DNA from: an uncultured Acidobacteriota bacterium
GTDB taxonomy: Bacteria; Acidobacteriota; Thermoanaerobaculia; Multivoradales; SZUA-115
NCBI GenBank assembly: GCA_963805975.1
Contig: CAWDVR010000001.1
Location: 1,120,001 to 1,184,000, forward strand
Reading direction: 5' to 3'
DNA length: 64,000 nucleotides
In this document: one piece after another, positions 14,524 to 24,054 of the stretch
How positions within the stretch are numbered: position 1 is the first letter of the stretch
How the letters are laid out: every line of letters starts with the position of its first letter
Program-made: the position numbers and the translations under genes
The notes under the pieces: model-generated
What the model saw: the letters and a program-made list of their open reading frames with translations, nothing else
Told to the model about the DNA's origin: nothing
The model's database searches: none

Positions 14524-16440
14524 ATGTACAGGATCACTCTGATCAACATGCCCTTCTCGAACCTGAGTCTGCCGAGCCTGGCTCTGACTCAGCTCAAGGC
14601 GGTCTTAGAGCGCGATCTCGATGACCAAATACGGGTGCGTATTCTTTATCTGAATCACGATTTCTCGCACTATCTCGGGCTCGATCTCTATTTCCGTATC
14701 ACGCATGCCGTCGAGTCGAACAACTCCGGGCTCGGTGACTGGTTGTTTCGTCAGGTCGCCTTTCCTCTCGCGAGCGACAACATCCAGCAATACTTCCAGC
14801 GTTACTATCCCCAGCAAGAAGGTGGTCTCGACGTTCTCAAGGGAAAGATCCTAGCCAAGCGGGTGCGTCTCGGACAGTTTCTCGATCGGCTGATCGGCAA
14901 CTATCAGCTGGATCAGGAGGATCTAGTCGGTTTTACTTCAATGTTCGCCCAGAACGTCGCAAGCTTGGCTATGGCGCGGAAGATCAAGGACCGGAATCCA
15001 CGATGCGTCACCGTTATGGGTGGCGCCAATTGCGAAGCACCGATGGGAGCCGAGCTCGCGGCTCACGTCGAAGCGATGGACTTCATCTTCTCCGGACCCG
15101 CGCTGGTGAGTTTTCCGCAATTCGTCCGTTATCAGATCCGTGGCGAAGTCGAGGCTTGTCGAACTCTGCAGGGTGTTTTTTGTGGCGCGAACCTCGGCTC
15201 CAAACACCTCGAGGGATCTGGGGCTATCGGGGCCGAGCTGCCGATGAACATCCCGGTGCCGCTCGACTATGACGAGTTTCTGGCGCTGTTTGAGAAGAAC
15301 TTTCCTGGTGGCGACCTTCGACCCTGTCTCACCTTCGAGACCTCGCGAGGTTGCTGGTGGGGAGAGCGTTCGCATTGTACGTTCTGTGGTCTCAACGGTG
15401 GCACGATGGCTTTCCGCCGGATGCCCGCCGACGACGCAGTGGAGCTGCTGAATGGGCTCTTCTTACGTTACGGAGATCGCTGTCCTCGCTACGAAGCAGT
15501 GGACAACATCATGCCGATCGATTACATCAAGGACGTTTTTCCTCGCCTGAAGCCACCCCCGGAAGCCACGATCTTTTACGAGATCAAAGCCAACATGAAA
15601 GAGGAAGAGCTGGAGATCCTGAAGCGGGGTGGAGTCAACGAGGTCCAGCCCGGCATCGAGTCTCTTTCGACTTCCACCTTGAAGCTTATGCGGAAGGGCA
15701 CCACGAGCTTCCAGAACATTCGTTTCCTGAAAGGTTGCCTATCCGCCAACGTACGGCCGATCTGGAATCTTTTGATCGGTTTTCCCGGGGAGGAAGCTGG
15801 TGTATACGAGAAGTATCTAGCGGACCTTCCGCTACTCTTTCATCTGATGCCGCCGACCGGTGCCTTTCCCGTTCGTTTCGATCGCTATAGCCCATACTTC
15901 ACCCACTCGGATAGCTTCCGGCTAAAGCTCTCACCCTATGATTTCTACGAGATGGTTTACCCCTTCGGAACCGACTCGCTCTACAACCTTGCCTATTACT
16001 TCGAAGACCGGAACTACAACGCGAGATATATTGATAACCTGATCCTGTGGAAAGAGAAGCTCAACACGGTTGTCGATCAATGGCGTGCGCTGTGGAAGTC
16101 CGACAGCGTGCTTCCGAAGCCCGAGCTGTATCTCAAGCTGGCCGCTGACTCGTGCCCTGCCGTGGTCTTCGATTCACGAAACGGCCAGAGTGGAACGGAG
16201 CACGAGATCAGCGATCTAGGCCTCCGAGTCCTCGATCTGCTTCACGTCCGAGGGATGAGGCTGACGGATCTCGAGAGGTCCGTCGATGCGACTCCGGATG
16301 ACCTTGCGGGGGAGATCGACGGACTGCGTCGATCGGGGATCCTTTTCGAGGAGGATGGTCGCTGGATGAGCCTGGTTATCGACCGTGCGTCGCAGCTCGG
16401 ACGGATGGAGAGCTATCAGTCGCTGCCGACTCTGGTTTGA
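14524..16440 (+). CDS. B12-dependent radical SAM C-methyltransferase, RiPP-maturation (PoyB/PoyC-like) type
   Basis: LINMPF..PSLAL start, B12-binding GFTSMFAQ..MGGANC, Cx7Cx2C motif ETSRGCWWGERSHCTFCGLNG, QPGIES, WNLLIGFPGE, RFDRYSPY. RBS GGAGGAG before ATG 14524. Confidence 0.9.
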   Translation: MYRITLINMPFSNLSLPSLALTQLKAVLERDLDDQIRVRILYLNHDFSHYLGLDLYFRITHAVESNNSGLGDWLFRQVAFPLASDNIQQYFQRYYPQQEGGLDVLKGKILAKRVRLGQFLDRLIGNYQLDQEDLVGFTSMFAQNVASLAMARKIKDRNPRCVTVMGGANCEAPMGAELAAHVEAMDFIFSGPALVSFPQFVRYQIRGEVEACRTLQGVFCGANLGSKHLEGSGAIGAELPMNIPVPLDYDEFLALFEKNFPGGDLRPCLTFETSRGCWWGERSHCTFCGLNGGTMAFRRMPADDAVELLNGLFLRYGDRCPRYEAVDNIMPIDYIKDVFPRLKPPPEATIFYEIKANMKEEELEILKRGGVNEVQPGIESLSTSTLKLMRKGTTSFQNIRFLKGCLSANVRPIWNLLIGFPGEEAGVYEKYLADLPLLFHLMPPTGAFPVRFDRYSPYFTHSDSFRLKLSPYDFYEMVYPFGTDSLYNLAYYFEDRNYNARYIDNLILWKEKLNTVVDQWRALWKSDSVLPKPELYLKLAADSCPAVVFDSRNGQSGTEHEISDLGLRVLDLLHVRGMRLTDLERSVDATPDDLAGEIDGLRRSGILFEEDGRWMSLVIDRASQLGRMESYQSLPTLV

Positions 16441-16907
16441 GGCTCCGTTCGTCATCGCCGTGCTGCGCTCGGTTCCCCAGGCCCTCGAACCGCTTCACGG
16501 CCCAACTCGCAGCACTCGAGCGAAGCAAAGAGCGCTTGATCGAGGTGTACGTCTTCCAGCAGGTCATCGACGAAGGGACCTTCCGCTCCCACCTCGTAAG
16601 CTGAATGAGGACATAGCTTTAGCCAAGGCTCATGCTGCAGAGATCGAGACCGAGCCGACTGATCTCGAATCGCTCTGGGAGTTTGGTGAGCATGTAGCGA
16701 CTCACGCCGGCAGCCTCTGGCAGGAGGCTCCGCTCGAACAGAAAACTGAGCCTCCAAAGGTTGATTTCCTGACAGGACATTACGTACGGCACGGAGGGAT
16801 TTCAAACAGCGCCAACCAGCCTAATTTTCAACGACTTACGTGGGCCGAAGGACGTAAAAACGGCGATGGTATCCCCAACGGGATTCGAACCCGTGTTATC
16901 GCCTTGA
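16441..16907 (+). pseudogene. C-terminal remnant of a large serine recombinase/integrase overlapping the tRNA 3' half
   Basis: Joined frames read RFTAQLAALERSKERLIEVYVFQQVIDEGTFRSHL/KLNEDIALAK..DLESLWEFGEHVATHAGSLWQEAPLEQK/LSLQRLIS*QDITYGTEGFQTAPTSLIFNDL..MVSPTGFEPVLSP*. Frameshifts at ~16596 and ~16745, TGA at 16770. Family assigned from recalled similarity. Confidence 0.7.
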
Positions 16908-16942
16908 AAGGGCGGTGTCCTAGGCCTCTAGACGATGGGGAC
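16867..16942 (-). tRNA. tRNA-Glu (anticodon TTC)
   Basis: GTCCCCATCGTCTAGAGGCCTAGGACACCGCCCTTTCAAGGCGATAACACGGGTTCGAATCCCGTTGGGGATACCA: 76 nt, cloverleaf, GTTCGAATC T-loop, encoded CCA. Confidence 0.97.
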
Positions 16943-17025
16943 GAACCGTACGCTCGCGAGCGCGATCGCGGCGAAAGAGTAGCATACGATCGAGGGGCGC
17001 GGCGGCTGCCCCGAGAGGGGATGGG

Positions 17026-18417
17026 ATGGAGGAGAGGGTCAGCGCGGCGGTCGCACCATCCGCGGAGCGTGCGGGCTTGGCGCGCCGGCTGGGCCTGTTC
17101 GACGCCACCATGATCGTCATGGGCGGCATCGTCGGTTCCGGCATCTTCATGAACCCCTACGTGGTGGCGCGCCAGGTGGGCACGCCGTTCCTGATCCTCT
17201 CCGCGTGGGCCCTCGGCGGGCTGATCGCGCTCACCGGCGCCTTCATCTACGCCGAGCTCGCGGCCCGGCGGCCCAGCGTCGGCGGCCAGTACGCCTACAT
17301 CCGCGAAGCGTTCCACCCGCTGCCGGCGTTCATCTACGCCTGGAGCCTGCTTTTAGTGATCCAGACCGGCGGCATGGCTGCCGTGGCGCTCACTTTCGCG
17401 CGCTATTTTCTCGAGCTGGTGCCGCTGTCGCTCTCCGACTGGGCCGTGGCGGCGCTGGCGCTCGGCGCCTTGACGCTGGTCAACTGCCTCGGGGTCAAGG
17501 CGGGAAGCGCGGCGCAGAACGTGCTCATGGTGGCGAAGATCGTTGCCATCCTGGTGCTGATCGGCGCCGGCCTCTTCGCGGCTCCGGCGAGCCCGGTCGG
17601 CCGCGGAACCGCGAGCCCGCTCCTCGACCGGCCGCTCTCCTTCGACCTCCTGACGGCGATGGGTGCGGCCATGGTGCCGGTGCTCTTTGCCTACGGAGGC
17701 TGGCAGACCTCCTGCTTCGTTGCCGGTGAGATCCGCGAGCCGCGAAAGAACCTGCCTCGCGGCCTGCTCCTGGGCGTCACCGGCGTGGTGGTGCTCTATC
17801 TCCTGGTCAATTTCGTCTGCCTTCGGGTGCTGGGCACGGCCGGCCTGGCGGCGACCACGACCCCGGCCTCGGACGTGATGCACGTGGCCCTGGGTGCAAC
17901 CGGCGGCCGGCTCATCGCCGCCGGCATCGCGATCTCGACGCTCGGGTTCCTGAGCCAGAGCATGCTCACCGGGCCGCGTGTCTACTACGCCATGGCGGCC
18001 GACGGCCTGTTCTTCGAGCAGGTGGCCTGGCTCCACCCGCGCACCCAGGTGCCGGTGGTGGCGATCCTGCTGCAGGGCACGCTGGCACTCCTGATCGCGC
18101 TCTCCGGCCAGTACGAGAGGATCCTCAACTACGTGGTATCGGTGGACTGGATCTTTTTCGGCCTGACCGCGCTCTGTGTCTTCCGGCTGCGCCGACAGGA
18201 CAGGGAGAGCGGCACGCCGCGGGAAGTCCTGCAACGTATTCCCGGCCACCCGCTGACCACCGGGCTCTTCGTGCTGGCGAGCGTGCTGGTGGTGGCCAAC
18301 ACGCTCTATCAGTACCCGGTCGACAGCGCCGTCGGCTTGGCCATCCTCGCCGCGGGAGTGCCGGTCTATGGCTTCTGGCGGTGGAAAGGAGCGAGATGGG
18401 CTCGTCGGACTCTTTGA
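17026..18417 (+). CDS. APC-superfamily amino acid permease
   Basis: IVGSGIF, YAEL..P..GGQYAY, FAYGGW, EIREPRKNLP; about 12 hydrophobic segments. Confidence 0.93.
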   Translation: MEERVSAAVAPSAERAGLARRLGLFDATMIVMGGIVGSGIFMNPYVVARQVGTPFLILSAWALGGLIALTGAFIYAELAARRPSVGGQYAYIREAFHPLPAFIYAWSLLLVIQTGGMAAVALTFARYFLELVPLSLSDWAVAALALGALTLVNCLGVKAGSAAQNVLMVAKIVAILVLIGAGLFAAPASPVGRGTASPLLDRPLSFDLLTAMGAAMVPVLFAYGGWQTSCFVAGEIREPRKNLPRGLLLGVTGVVVLYLLVNFVCLRVLGTAGLAATTTPASDVMHVALGATGGRLIAAGIAISTLGFLSQSMLTGPRVYYAMAADGLFFEQVAWLHPRTQVPVVAILLQGTLALLIALSGQYERILNYVVSVDWIFFGLTALCVFRLRRQDRESGTPREVLQRIPGHPLTTGLFVLASVLVVANTLYQYPVDSAVGLAILAAGVPVYGFWRWKGARWARRTL

Positions 18418-19532
18418 AGGGGGATCTCCTGAGGGGGGAGCCCCCCTTCCGCTCGCAGTACATGGCGTGGGCCAAGACCCAGTCGCAGGCGCGCTTCGGC
18501 CTGGCGGCCAGCAACATGGCCCCGTTCCCGCTCGCCGAGCTGGACGCGACGATCGACAACCTCGAGATCAACGGCCCCACCACCTACGGCTACCCGCCCC
18601 TGCAGGCCGCGCTGGCCGCCAAGTGCGAGGTGGCCGAGGACTCCGTGCTCACCGCCATCGGCACTACCCAGGCCAATCACTTGGTGATGGCGGCGCTGCT
18701 CTCGCCCGGCGACCATCTGCTGATCGAGCACCCGGTCTACGAGCCGATGGTGGCCCTCGCCCGGCAGGTGGGGGCCGAGGTCGACTTCTTCACCCGGCGC
18801 GCCGAGACAGGCTTCGGCGTCGACCCGGAGGAGGTGGAGAGGAAGGTCACACCGAGGACGCGCCTGATCGCGATCACCGACCTCCACAACCCGAGCAGCG
18901 CGCGGCTGGACGAGCCCACGCTGGCGGCTCTCGCGGGCGTCGCGCGCCGGGCCGGTGCGCGCCTGCTGGTGGACGAGGTCTATCTCGAGATGGCATGGGT
19001 GGAGGGCGATCGCTCGCGCCCCGGCGTGGCCTCGGCCTTCCACCTCGGCCCCGAGGTCGTGGCCACCAGCAGCTTGACCAAGGCCTATGGGCTGTCGGGG
19101 CTGCGCTGCGGCTGGGTGTTGGCCGAACCTTCCCTGGTCTGCCGGATGTGGGAGCTCGCCGACCTCTTCGTGGGCACCCCGGCCCACCCCGCCGAGCTGT
19201 TGAGCGTCCTCGCCCTCGCAAGGCTGGGGAAGATCGCGGACCGGGCACAGGAGATCCTCGTTGCCAACCGCGCGCTGGTAGGGACTTTTCTCGACGGTCG
19301 CGACGACCTCGAGATCGCCCGGCCGCGCTTCGGCAGCGTGCTCTTCCCGCGCTGGGCGGGCGGCGATGTCGAGCCGCTCTGCCGCCTGCTGCGCGAGAAG
19401 CACGAGACCGCGGTCGTGCCCGGCCGCTTCTTCGGCGCACCGGAGCACTTCCGCTTCGGCATCGGCGGCTCGACCGAGGTTCTGCGAGCCGGGCTCGAGA
19501 GGCTGGGAGCGGCGCTCGACGAATTGAGGTGA
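18396..19532 (+). CDS. PLP-dependent aminotransferase class I/II
   Basis: HNPSS, VDEVY, SSLTKAYGLSGLRCGW (PLP lysine). RBS AAGGAG; overlaps the permease end. Confidence 0.92.
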   Translation: MGSSDSLKGDLLRGEPPFRSQYMAWAKTQSQARFGLAASNMAPFPLAELDATIDNLEINGPTTYGYPPLQAALAAKCEVAEDSVLTAIGTTQANHLVMAALLSPGDHLLIEHPVYEPMVALARQVGAEVDFFTRRAETGFGVDPEEVERKVTPRTRLIAITDLHNPSSARLDEPTLAALAGVARRAGARLLVDEVYLEMAWVEGDRSRPGVASAFHLGPEVVATSSLTKAYGLSGLRCGWVLAEPSLVCRMWELADLFVGTPAHPAELLSVLALARLGKIADRAQEILVANRALVGTFLDGRDDLEIARPRFGSVLFPRWAGGDVEPLCRLLREKHETAVVPGRFFGAPEHFRFGIGGSTEVLRAGLERLGAALDELR

Positions 19533-19541
19533 GACCGGTGC

Positions 19542-20240
19542 TCAGGCCGCCGCCGGCCGTTTGCCGAGCGCCTCGGCCGCGTACAGCACCAGCGAGCAAC
19601 CGACCGGGAAGACCACCTCGTTGATGGCACGCGGCAGCACCGCCGCGAAGGTGGCGGGCGCCGGTGCGGCCCGGGTGATCACGGTGACGATCACGATGCC
19701 GAAGGTGAGGCCGGCGGCAGCGCCCATGCCGAGATAGGCGCCGAGCCCGCGGCCCTGGCGGCTCATCTTTCCGAGCACGAAGCCCAGCACCGCGTACTCG
19801 ACGGCTTTGAGAGCGGCGATCAACAGGGGAGATGCGCCGCCGGTGGCGCCCGCGAGCCCCAGTGCCTGGCCGACCGCCTTGTGGGTGGACTTGGCGGTGG
19901 TGAAGGCGACCGGTGCCGAGATCAGGCCGAGCACGCCCATCACGGCCGGCCGGCTCTTGGCCGCGGCAGTGCCGAAAGCGATGCCGACGCAGACCAGGAA
20001 CGACCAGGAGACTTTTTGCACCAGGTCCGCCACGATCGCCGCGGCCTTGAACGAGCCCGCGGTGGCGAGAAGCCCGAGCAGCAGCAGGATCTCGATCGCG
20101 ATGCCGAGCAGGATCGACATCCACGCCACCGTCATCAGCTTGCGCCACATGTCCGGCGGCTGCTCTTGCGTGGCGATGGCGGGGGAGCCTGCCGTCGCCA
20201 GACGTTCGCTCGCGAGATCCAGATCTGTCGTCATCGCCAT
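19542..20240 (-). CDS. Hypothetical multi-pass membrane protein
   Basis: About 6 hydrophobic helices; RBS GGAGGG. Confidence 0.75.
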   Translation of the reverse strand: MAMTTDLDLASERLATAGSPAIATQEQPPDMWRKLMTVAWMSILLGIAIEILLLLGLLATAGSFKAAAIVADLVQKVSWSFLVCVGIAFGTAAAKSRPAVMGVLGLISAPVAFTTAKSTHKAVGQALGLAGATGGASPLLIAALKAVEYAVLGFVLGKMSRQGRGLGAYLGMGAAAGLTFGIVIVTVITRAAPAPATFAAVLPRAINEVVFPVGCSLVLYAAEALGKRPAAA

Positions 20241-20348
20241 CCCTCCGTCAGGCCTTCAAGGTTGCGCCGGACCCTAACGGCCGCCTGGCCGCGGTTCCAC
20301 CGGCTTGGGTCAGGGAGCAGACCTGTCGAAAGGAAGGAAGGCCCCGGC

Positions 20349-20723
20349 TCAAGGCTCGTCCTCGGAGACCTCCTCCAGCCAGATGGTGTCGAGGTCGATG
20401 TTGACGGCCAGGTGCGCCATCCCGGCGCCGGGCGTGGCGCCGTGCCAGTGCTTCTCGCCGGCCGGGACGTAGACCGTCTCGCCGGGGCCGGCCTCCATCA
20501 GTGGCCCACCCCAATGCCGGTAGCGGCAGCGACCCTCCACCACGAACAGCAACTGCACGCCGCTGTGGGTGTGCCAGTGGGTGCGGGCGCCTGGCGCGAA
20601 CTCCACCCGGTAGAGCTTCACGCCCCCCAGGTCTTCCGGCGCTGGCTCGAGGGTCACCTCGCCGGTGAAGTACGAGGGATCACCCGGCTTGCCTGCCAGG
20701 CGACCGAGATCGAGCGTGTGCAT
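20349..20723 (-). CDS. Cupin domain protein
   Basis: FAPGARTHWHTHSGVQLL..G..PGETVYVPAGEKHWHGA cupin motifs; RBS GGAGG. Confidence 0.9.
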   Translation of the reverse strand: MHTLDLGRLAGKPGDPSYFTGEVTLEPAPEDLGGVKLYRVEFAPGARTHWHTHSGVQLLFVVEGRCRYRHWGGPLMEAGPGETVYVPAGEKHWHGATPGAGMAHLAVNIDLDTIWLEEVSEDEP

Positions 20724-20932
20724 TTCACGTTCCTCCGAGGTCTCGCGGTTGGCGCGAGGAATGGCCTGCCATGGGGCGACGAGAGCGTACCATTGCGGTG
20801 ATCCGTCCTACGCAAACCGTAGGAGATCGTTGTATACTGCGCGGACCACAAACGCAGAGGGGCTGATCTGCGGTCCAAAATCGAGTCTACTGTCCGCAGC
20901 TACACTCTCCGCATCGCATGAGGTGCCCTTTG

Positions 20933-23569
20933 ATGAGACGAACTTGCACGCTCGTTGTCTGGTGCGCTCTCGTCGCTCTCGCCACCGCCCTACCGGCGGC
21001 GGCCCAGAGCTACGAGGTCAAGCTGCTCACCGGCAAGCTCAACCCCCCGGCCGGCCTCTCCACCGGAGAGCGGCAGCGGATCGCCGACCAGGGCGCTGCC
21101 CTGGCGGCAGCCGGCGAAGACCGTATGCACGTGCTGGTGCAGTTCAAGGCGATTCCGGACGCGGCCCAGCAGGAGGCCTTGCGCCGTGACGGCATCGACC
21201 TCGGGGCGTACCTGCCCGACAACGCCTGGGTCGCCTCGGTGCCGGCGCGCCAGGCTGCGGACGTCCTGGCGCGGTCCGAGGTGCGTTGGGCCACGGCCTG
21301 GGGCACCTCGCAGAAGCTTCATCCGCGGGTCGTGGCGGGCGATTTCGGCTCCTGGACGCGCGACCCCTCCCGGCCGGAGTGGGTGATGCTCTTCGTGCTC
21401 CTTCACCATGATGTGGACATCGCCCGCGGCGCCGAGATCGCGGCCGCCCGCGGTGGTGTTGCCATGGACCCGGTGCTCGGCCTGCACGGCATGACGGTGT
21501 GGATGCCGCAGAGCCGCATCGCCGAGCTGGCCCGCGAGGAGCAGGTGATGTGGGTCGAGGAAGGCCCCAAGCCGCTCTCCGAGACCAACGACGGCGTGCG
21601 GGCGCTGATGAACGCCAATCCGATCAAGACCGCGCCCTATAACCTCGACGGCACGGGCGTGCGCGTCTTCGTGTTCGACGGCGGCCAGGTGCGCGCCACG
21701 CACAACTTCTTCAACCCCGGCACGGTGATCATCACCACTGCCGACACCATCTCCGACCACTCGACCCACGTCGCGGGCACCGCGGTGGGCGACGGTGATG
21801 GCGGGCGCGGCGAAGGCTTGGCCGACAACGCGGACCTCCTTTCGACCGGCTACGATCAGACCGGCGGCACGATGCTCTTCTGGGACAACGCGGGCGACAT
21901 CGAGAGTGAGTACACGCTGGCCCGCAACACCCACAACCTCGACCTGGCCAACAACTCGATCGGCAGCAACACGGCCGCCAACGGCTTCCCTTGCGCCACC
22001 GAGGGTGACTACGGCGTGACCTCGAGCCTGCTCGACCAGATCGTGCGCGACGACAACCCGTCGGTGAACGGCGCCGTGACCCTCGCCTGGGCGAACGGCA
22101 ACGAACGCAGCGGCGGCTCGCCACGCGGCCGTTGCGGCTCGAACTTCCTGACCACCGCCGAGCCTTCCTGCGCCAAGAACCCGATCCACGTCGGCGCCCT
22201 CAACTCGGACGGCGGCTCGATGACCACCTTCAGCTCCTGGGGCCCTTGCGACGACGGCCGGATGAAGCCGATCGTGTCGGCAGCCGGCTGCGAGACCGGT
22301 CGGGTGAGCGGCGAGACCGGTGTCTTCTCCTCGTTCGGTACCAGTGACTCTGCCACCAACGGCACCTTCTGCGGTACCTCGATGGCGACGCCGGCAGTGT
22401 CCGGGCTGATCGCTCTGCTCACTCAGGACTGGCGTGCCCTCGGCTTCGGCGGCGCCAACGACCGGCCGCTCCCGGCGCTGGTCAAGGCGATGCTGATCCA
22501 GACCACGAGCGACATGGGCAACGACGGGCCGGACTACCGCTTCGGCTATGGCAACGTCAACGGCCAGGCGCTGATCGACCTGCTGCGCGACGGCGATCCG
22601 ATCGGCACCGGTGGTCCCTCGACCGACCGCTGGGGCACCGACTCGATCACCAACGGCGGGACCGACAACTACAGCTTCACGGTGCCCGCCGGCACCGGCG
22701 TGCTCAAGGCCAGCCTGGCCTGGGACGACGCCTCGGCGGCCGCCTTCAGCGCCGACCCGCTGGTGAACGACCTCGACCTGGTGCTGGTCGAGCCCGATGG
22801 CGTCACGCTCCACCGCGCCTTCGTGCTCAACCCGGCGAGCCCGGACGCCGCGGCCACCACCGGCACCAACACCCTCGACAACCAGGAGCAGGTGATCGTC
22901 GAAGGCCCGGCGGCCGGCGTGTGGACGGTGCGGGTCTCCGGCACGGTCGTGCCCACCGCCCCGCAGACCTACGGCCTGGCCTACAGCGCCATCCCGGAGG
23001 TGAGCATCTCGGGCGGTTGCTCGAACGCGGTGACCAACGGTGGCTTCGAGACCGACACCACCGGCTGGACGCTCTCCGGTGGAGCGACCCGTACGGCTGC
23101 TCCGGCCGCCGGCCACGGCAGCTTCTCACTCCGGTTCGGCAGCACCAACAGCGCCGTGGCGGAGGCCTTTACCGAGGTCGCCATCCCGGCCGATGCGACG
23201 CGCGCGCAGTGGAACTACTTCTTCCACCAGACCACGGACGAGGGTAGCTCCGGCTTCGGCTGGGACTTCTTCATCGCCGAGGTCCGCAGCACCGCTGGTG
23301 CCGTGCTCGCCGTCCACGATCTGCGCAGCGACGGCTTCCTGGAGAACGTCTGGTCCGGCGCTCGCAATATCGACCTGCTGCCCTTCGCCGGCCAGACGGT
23401 GCGAGTGACCTTCCGGGCGACCACGGACAGCACGCTCCCCACCACCTTCTGGGCGGACGACGTGGAGCTGGACATCTGCCTCGGGGTGTCGCCGGACATC
23501 TTCGCGGACGGCTTCGAGACCGGTGACGTCAGCCAGTGGACGCAGTGCGTGGGCACCTGCCCTCCGTGA
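20933..23569 (+). CDS. Secreted subtilisin-like (S8) serine protease with C-terminal beta-sandwich domains and IFADGFE tail
   Basis: Signal peptide; triad VFDGG, DHSTHVAGT, GTSMATP; ANGNE oxyanion; LAWDD..VNDLDL; DIFADGFETGD. Confidence 0.93.
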   Translation: MRRTCTLVVWCALVALATALPAAAQSYEVKLLTGKLNPPAGLSTGERQRIADQGAALAAAGEDRMHVLVQFKAIPDAAQQEALRRDGIDLGAYLPDNAWVASVPARQAADVLARSEVRWATAWGTSQKLHPRVVAGDFGSWTRDPSRPEWVMLFVLLHHDVDIARGAEIAAARGGVAMDPVLGLHGMTVWMPQSRIAELAREEQVMWVEEGPKPLSETNDGVRALMNANPIKTAPYNLDGTGVRVFVFDGGQVRATHNFFNPGTVIITTADTISDHSTHVAGTAVGDGDGGRGEGLADNADLLSTGYDQTGGTMLFWDNAGDIESEYTLARNTHNLDLANNSIGSNTAANGFPCATEGDYGVTSSLLDQIVRDDNPSVNGAVTLAWANGNERSGGSPRGRCGSNFLTTAEPSCAKNPIHVGALNSDGGSMTTFSSWGPCDDGRMKPIVSAAGCETGRVSGETGVFSSFGTSDSATNGTFCGTSMATPAVSGLIALLTQDWRALGFGGANDRPLPALVKAMLIQTTSDMGNDGPDYRFGYGNVNGQALIDLLRDGDPIGTGGPSTDRWGTDSITNGGTDNYSFTVPAGTGVLKASLAWDDASAAAFSADPLVNDLDLVLVEPDGVTLHRAFVLNPASPDAAATTGTNTLDNQEQVIVEGPAAGVWTVRVSGTVVPTAPQTYGLAYSAIPEVSISGGCSNAVTNGGFETDTTGWTLSGGATRTAAPAAGHGSFSLRFGSTNSAVAEAFTEVAIPADATRAQWNYFFHQTTDEGSSGFGWDFFIAEVRSTAGAVLAVHDLRSDGFLENVWSGARNIDLLPFAGQTVRVTFRATTDSTLPTTFWADDVELDICLGVSPDIFADGFETGDVSQWTQCVGTCPP

Positions 23570-23601
23570 CAGCCTTTACTCTCTGATCTGCTTCGAACGA
23601 T

Positions 23602-23633
23602 GGGGCCGTGCGCGAGCACGGCCCCTTTTCTTT
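23602..23633 (+). terminator. Rho-independent terminator of the S8 protease gene
   Basis: GGGGCCGTGC-GCGA-GCACGGCCCC followed by TTTTCTTT. Confidence 0.88.
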
Positions 23634-23639
23634 GTGTGC

Positions 23640-23956
23640 GGCCCAGCTCGCCGCGAGCAGCTCGACGTGATCCACTTCCAGCACCAGCCCACTCCGTGGT
23701 CCAGCCGGGGTGGCCTCGCGGTGGCCGGCTCCGTGCTCGTCGACACGAACGGCGATGGCCGCACGGACACCCGGCTGGCAGGCACCACCAACGTCTTCCC
23801 TGGCTGGGTGTCCCAACTGATGGCACCACGGTAGCTGCCCTGCCGAGCTGCCACTGTGATCCCAGCCAGACCTTCCTTCCCCAAGGTGTTGGCGGAGGTG
23901 GGACGCAGAGCACCTGCGTCCACTGGCACTGCCCGGCTGGTGTGAACCCCGACTAG
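23640..23956 (+). pseudogene. Probable 3' gene fragment of a secreted protein
   Basis: Coding-like LVDTNGDGRTDTRLAG, then in another frame LPWLGVPTDGTTVAALPSCHCDP..CVHWHCPAGVNPD*; no credible start after the terminator. Confidence 0.4.
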
Positions 23957-23976
23957 TCGGAGCGGTTGCTGCGAGT

Positions 23977-24012
23977 CTCCTGGGTCCGATCGCCGCCGAT
24001 CGGACCCAGGAG
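23977..24012. repeat. Perfect 16-bp inverted repeat between convergent units (terminator or REP-like)
   Basis: CTCCTGGGTCCGATCG-CCGC-CGATCGGACCCAGGAG. Confidence 0.75.
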
Positions 24013-24054
24013 GTGGACTGAGCTGTCCGAGAGAATCGAGCGCGGAGGACCGGT

